Assembly: GCF_030684315.1 (NCBI RefSeq) | Contig: NC_081361.1 | Span: forward strand, 17,473,861 to 17,537,860 | Length of the DNA stretch: 64,000 bases | Direction: 5' to 3' | Source: Stegostoma tigrinum | Lineage: Eukaryota | In this document: positions 63,150-64,000 of the stretch, piece by piece | Layout: each line of letters starts with the position of its first letter | Position numbering within the stretch: position 1 is the stretch's first letter | Program-made: the position numbers and the translations under genes | The notes under the pieces: generated by a model | The model's database searches: none | Told to the model about the DNA's origin: nothing | What the model saw: only the letters and a program-made list of their open reading frames with translations

Positions 63150-63768
63150 ACACCAAATGTGGCATCACTGTTTAAAGTAGGAGGTCAACAAAAGGTGGGT
63201 AACTATAGGCGCATTATAGTGGGGAAAATGCTTAAATGTATAATCAAGGAAGAAATAAGACATCTCGACAGAAATTGTCCCAAATTAAAGCAGTATGGGT
63301 TCATAAAAGACAGGTCATGTTTAACTAATATACTGGAATTCTTTGAGGATATTACAATTGTGGTGAGTTATGGGGAACTGGTGGATGTGGTGTAACTCAA
63401 TTTCCAGAAGGCATTCGATAAGATGCTGTACAAAAGGCTGCTGCATAAAATAAAGGTGCATGGTGTTATGGGTAATGTATTTGAATGAAGAGAAGATTAG
63501 TTAACTAATAGAAAGCAAAGAATGGGGATAAATGAATGTGTGTTTCTGGTTGGTGATCAGTAGCTAGTGGTGTGCCTCGGGGATCAGTGCTGGGACTGTA
63601 ATTGTATAGAATTTATATTGATTTACATTTGGGGACCAAGTGTAATATTTCAAAGTTCGCAAATAACACTAACATGAGTGGTAGAACAAAGTCTTCAGAG
63701 GGATATAAATAGGTTAAGTGAATGGGCAAGGGTATGGCAGATGGAGTACAAAACTGGTAAATGTGAGG
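63150..63768 (+). mobile_element. CR1 LINE RT fragment, interrupted by a PLE
   Basis: QYGFIKDRSCLTNILEFFEDIT and GVPRGSVLG. Confidence 0.8.
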
Positions 63769-64000
63769 TCAGAGATAATGGGAACTGCAGATGCTGGAGA
63801 TTCCAAGATGATAAAATGTGAGGCTGGACGAACACAGCAGGCCAAGCAGCATCTCAGGAGCACAAAAGCTGACGTTTCGGGCCTAGACCCTTCATCAGAG
63901 AGGGGGATGGGGGGAGGGAACTGGAATAAATAGGGAGAGAGGGGGAGGCGGACCGAAGATGGAGAGTAAAGAAGATAGGTGGAGAGAGTGTAGGTGGGGA
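63769..64000 (-). mobile_element. 3' end (with tail and intact hammerhead core at 63871-63898) of a young Neptune-type PLE; continues past the right edge
   Basis: Nearly identical to the reverse complement of about 48290-48520. Confidence 0.9.

Noticed and set aside
36500-64000. XPR1 first exon (the upstream neighbour of ACBD6 in human)
   Set aside because: No MKFAEHL-like coding sequence and no second CpG island seen.
1-64000. CRISPR array, operon or other prokaryotic system
   Set aside because: No regularly spaced repeat-spacer array. The sequence has spliceosomal introns and vertebrate SINEs and LINEs.

Overview
Eukaryotic, repeat-rich vertebrate DNA, most likely from an elasmobranch (shark), judging by HE1-type V-SINEs, many CR1-group LINE remnants and Penelope-like elements (PLEs). 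The only host gene I can support is ACBD6 on the minus strand: coding exons 1-3 at 36161-35973, 30301-30237 and 29286-29190, with a CpG-island promoter at about 35.8-36.5 kb. I did not find exon 4 or later by eye, so 1-29189 is probably intron 3; 36.5-64 kb is upstream sequence with no recognisable coding exon. Most other ORFs in the track are retroelement debris or chance. The most interesting structure is in the mobile DNA. (i) Two PLE families carry minimal hammerhead-ribozyme cores (CTGATGA-N-stem-GAAACGTC) and occur as fold-back insertions, two with clear 14-nt target-site repeats and a one-sided 3' tail; one 183-nt hairpin derivative folds back inside hammerhead stem II. (ii) A Tx1-type LINE lies directly downstream of a PLE hammerhead in the same orientation, and identity between the PLE arms drops from about 92% to about 67% exactly at the predicted cleavage site. 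This suggests a LINE that targets PLEs and may use their ribozyme (hypothesis). (iii) Several short segments have been copied from nearby DNA into old TEs. Repeat boundaries and family names were assigned by eye and are approximate.
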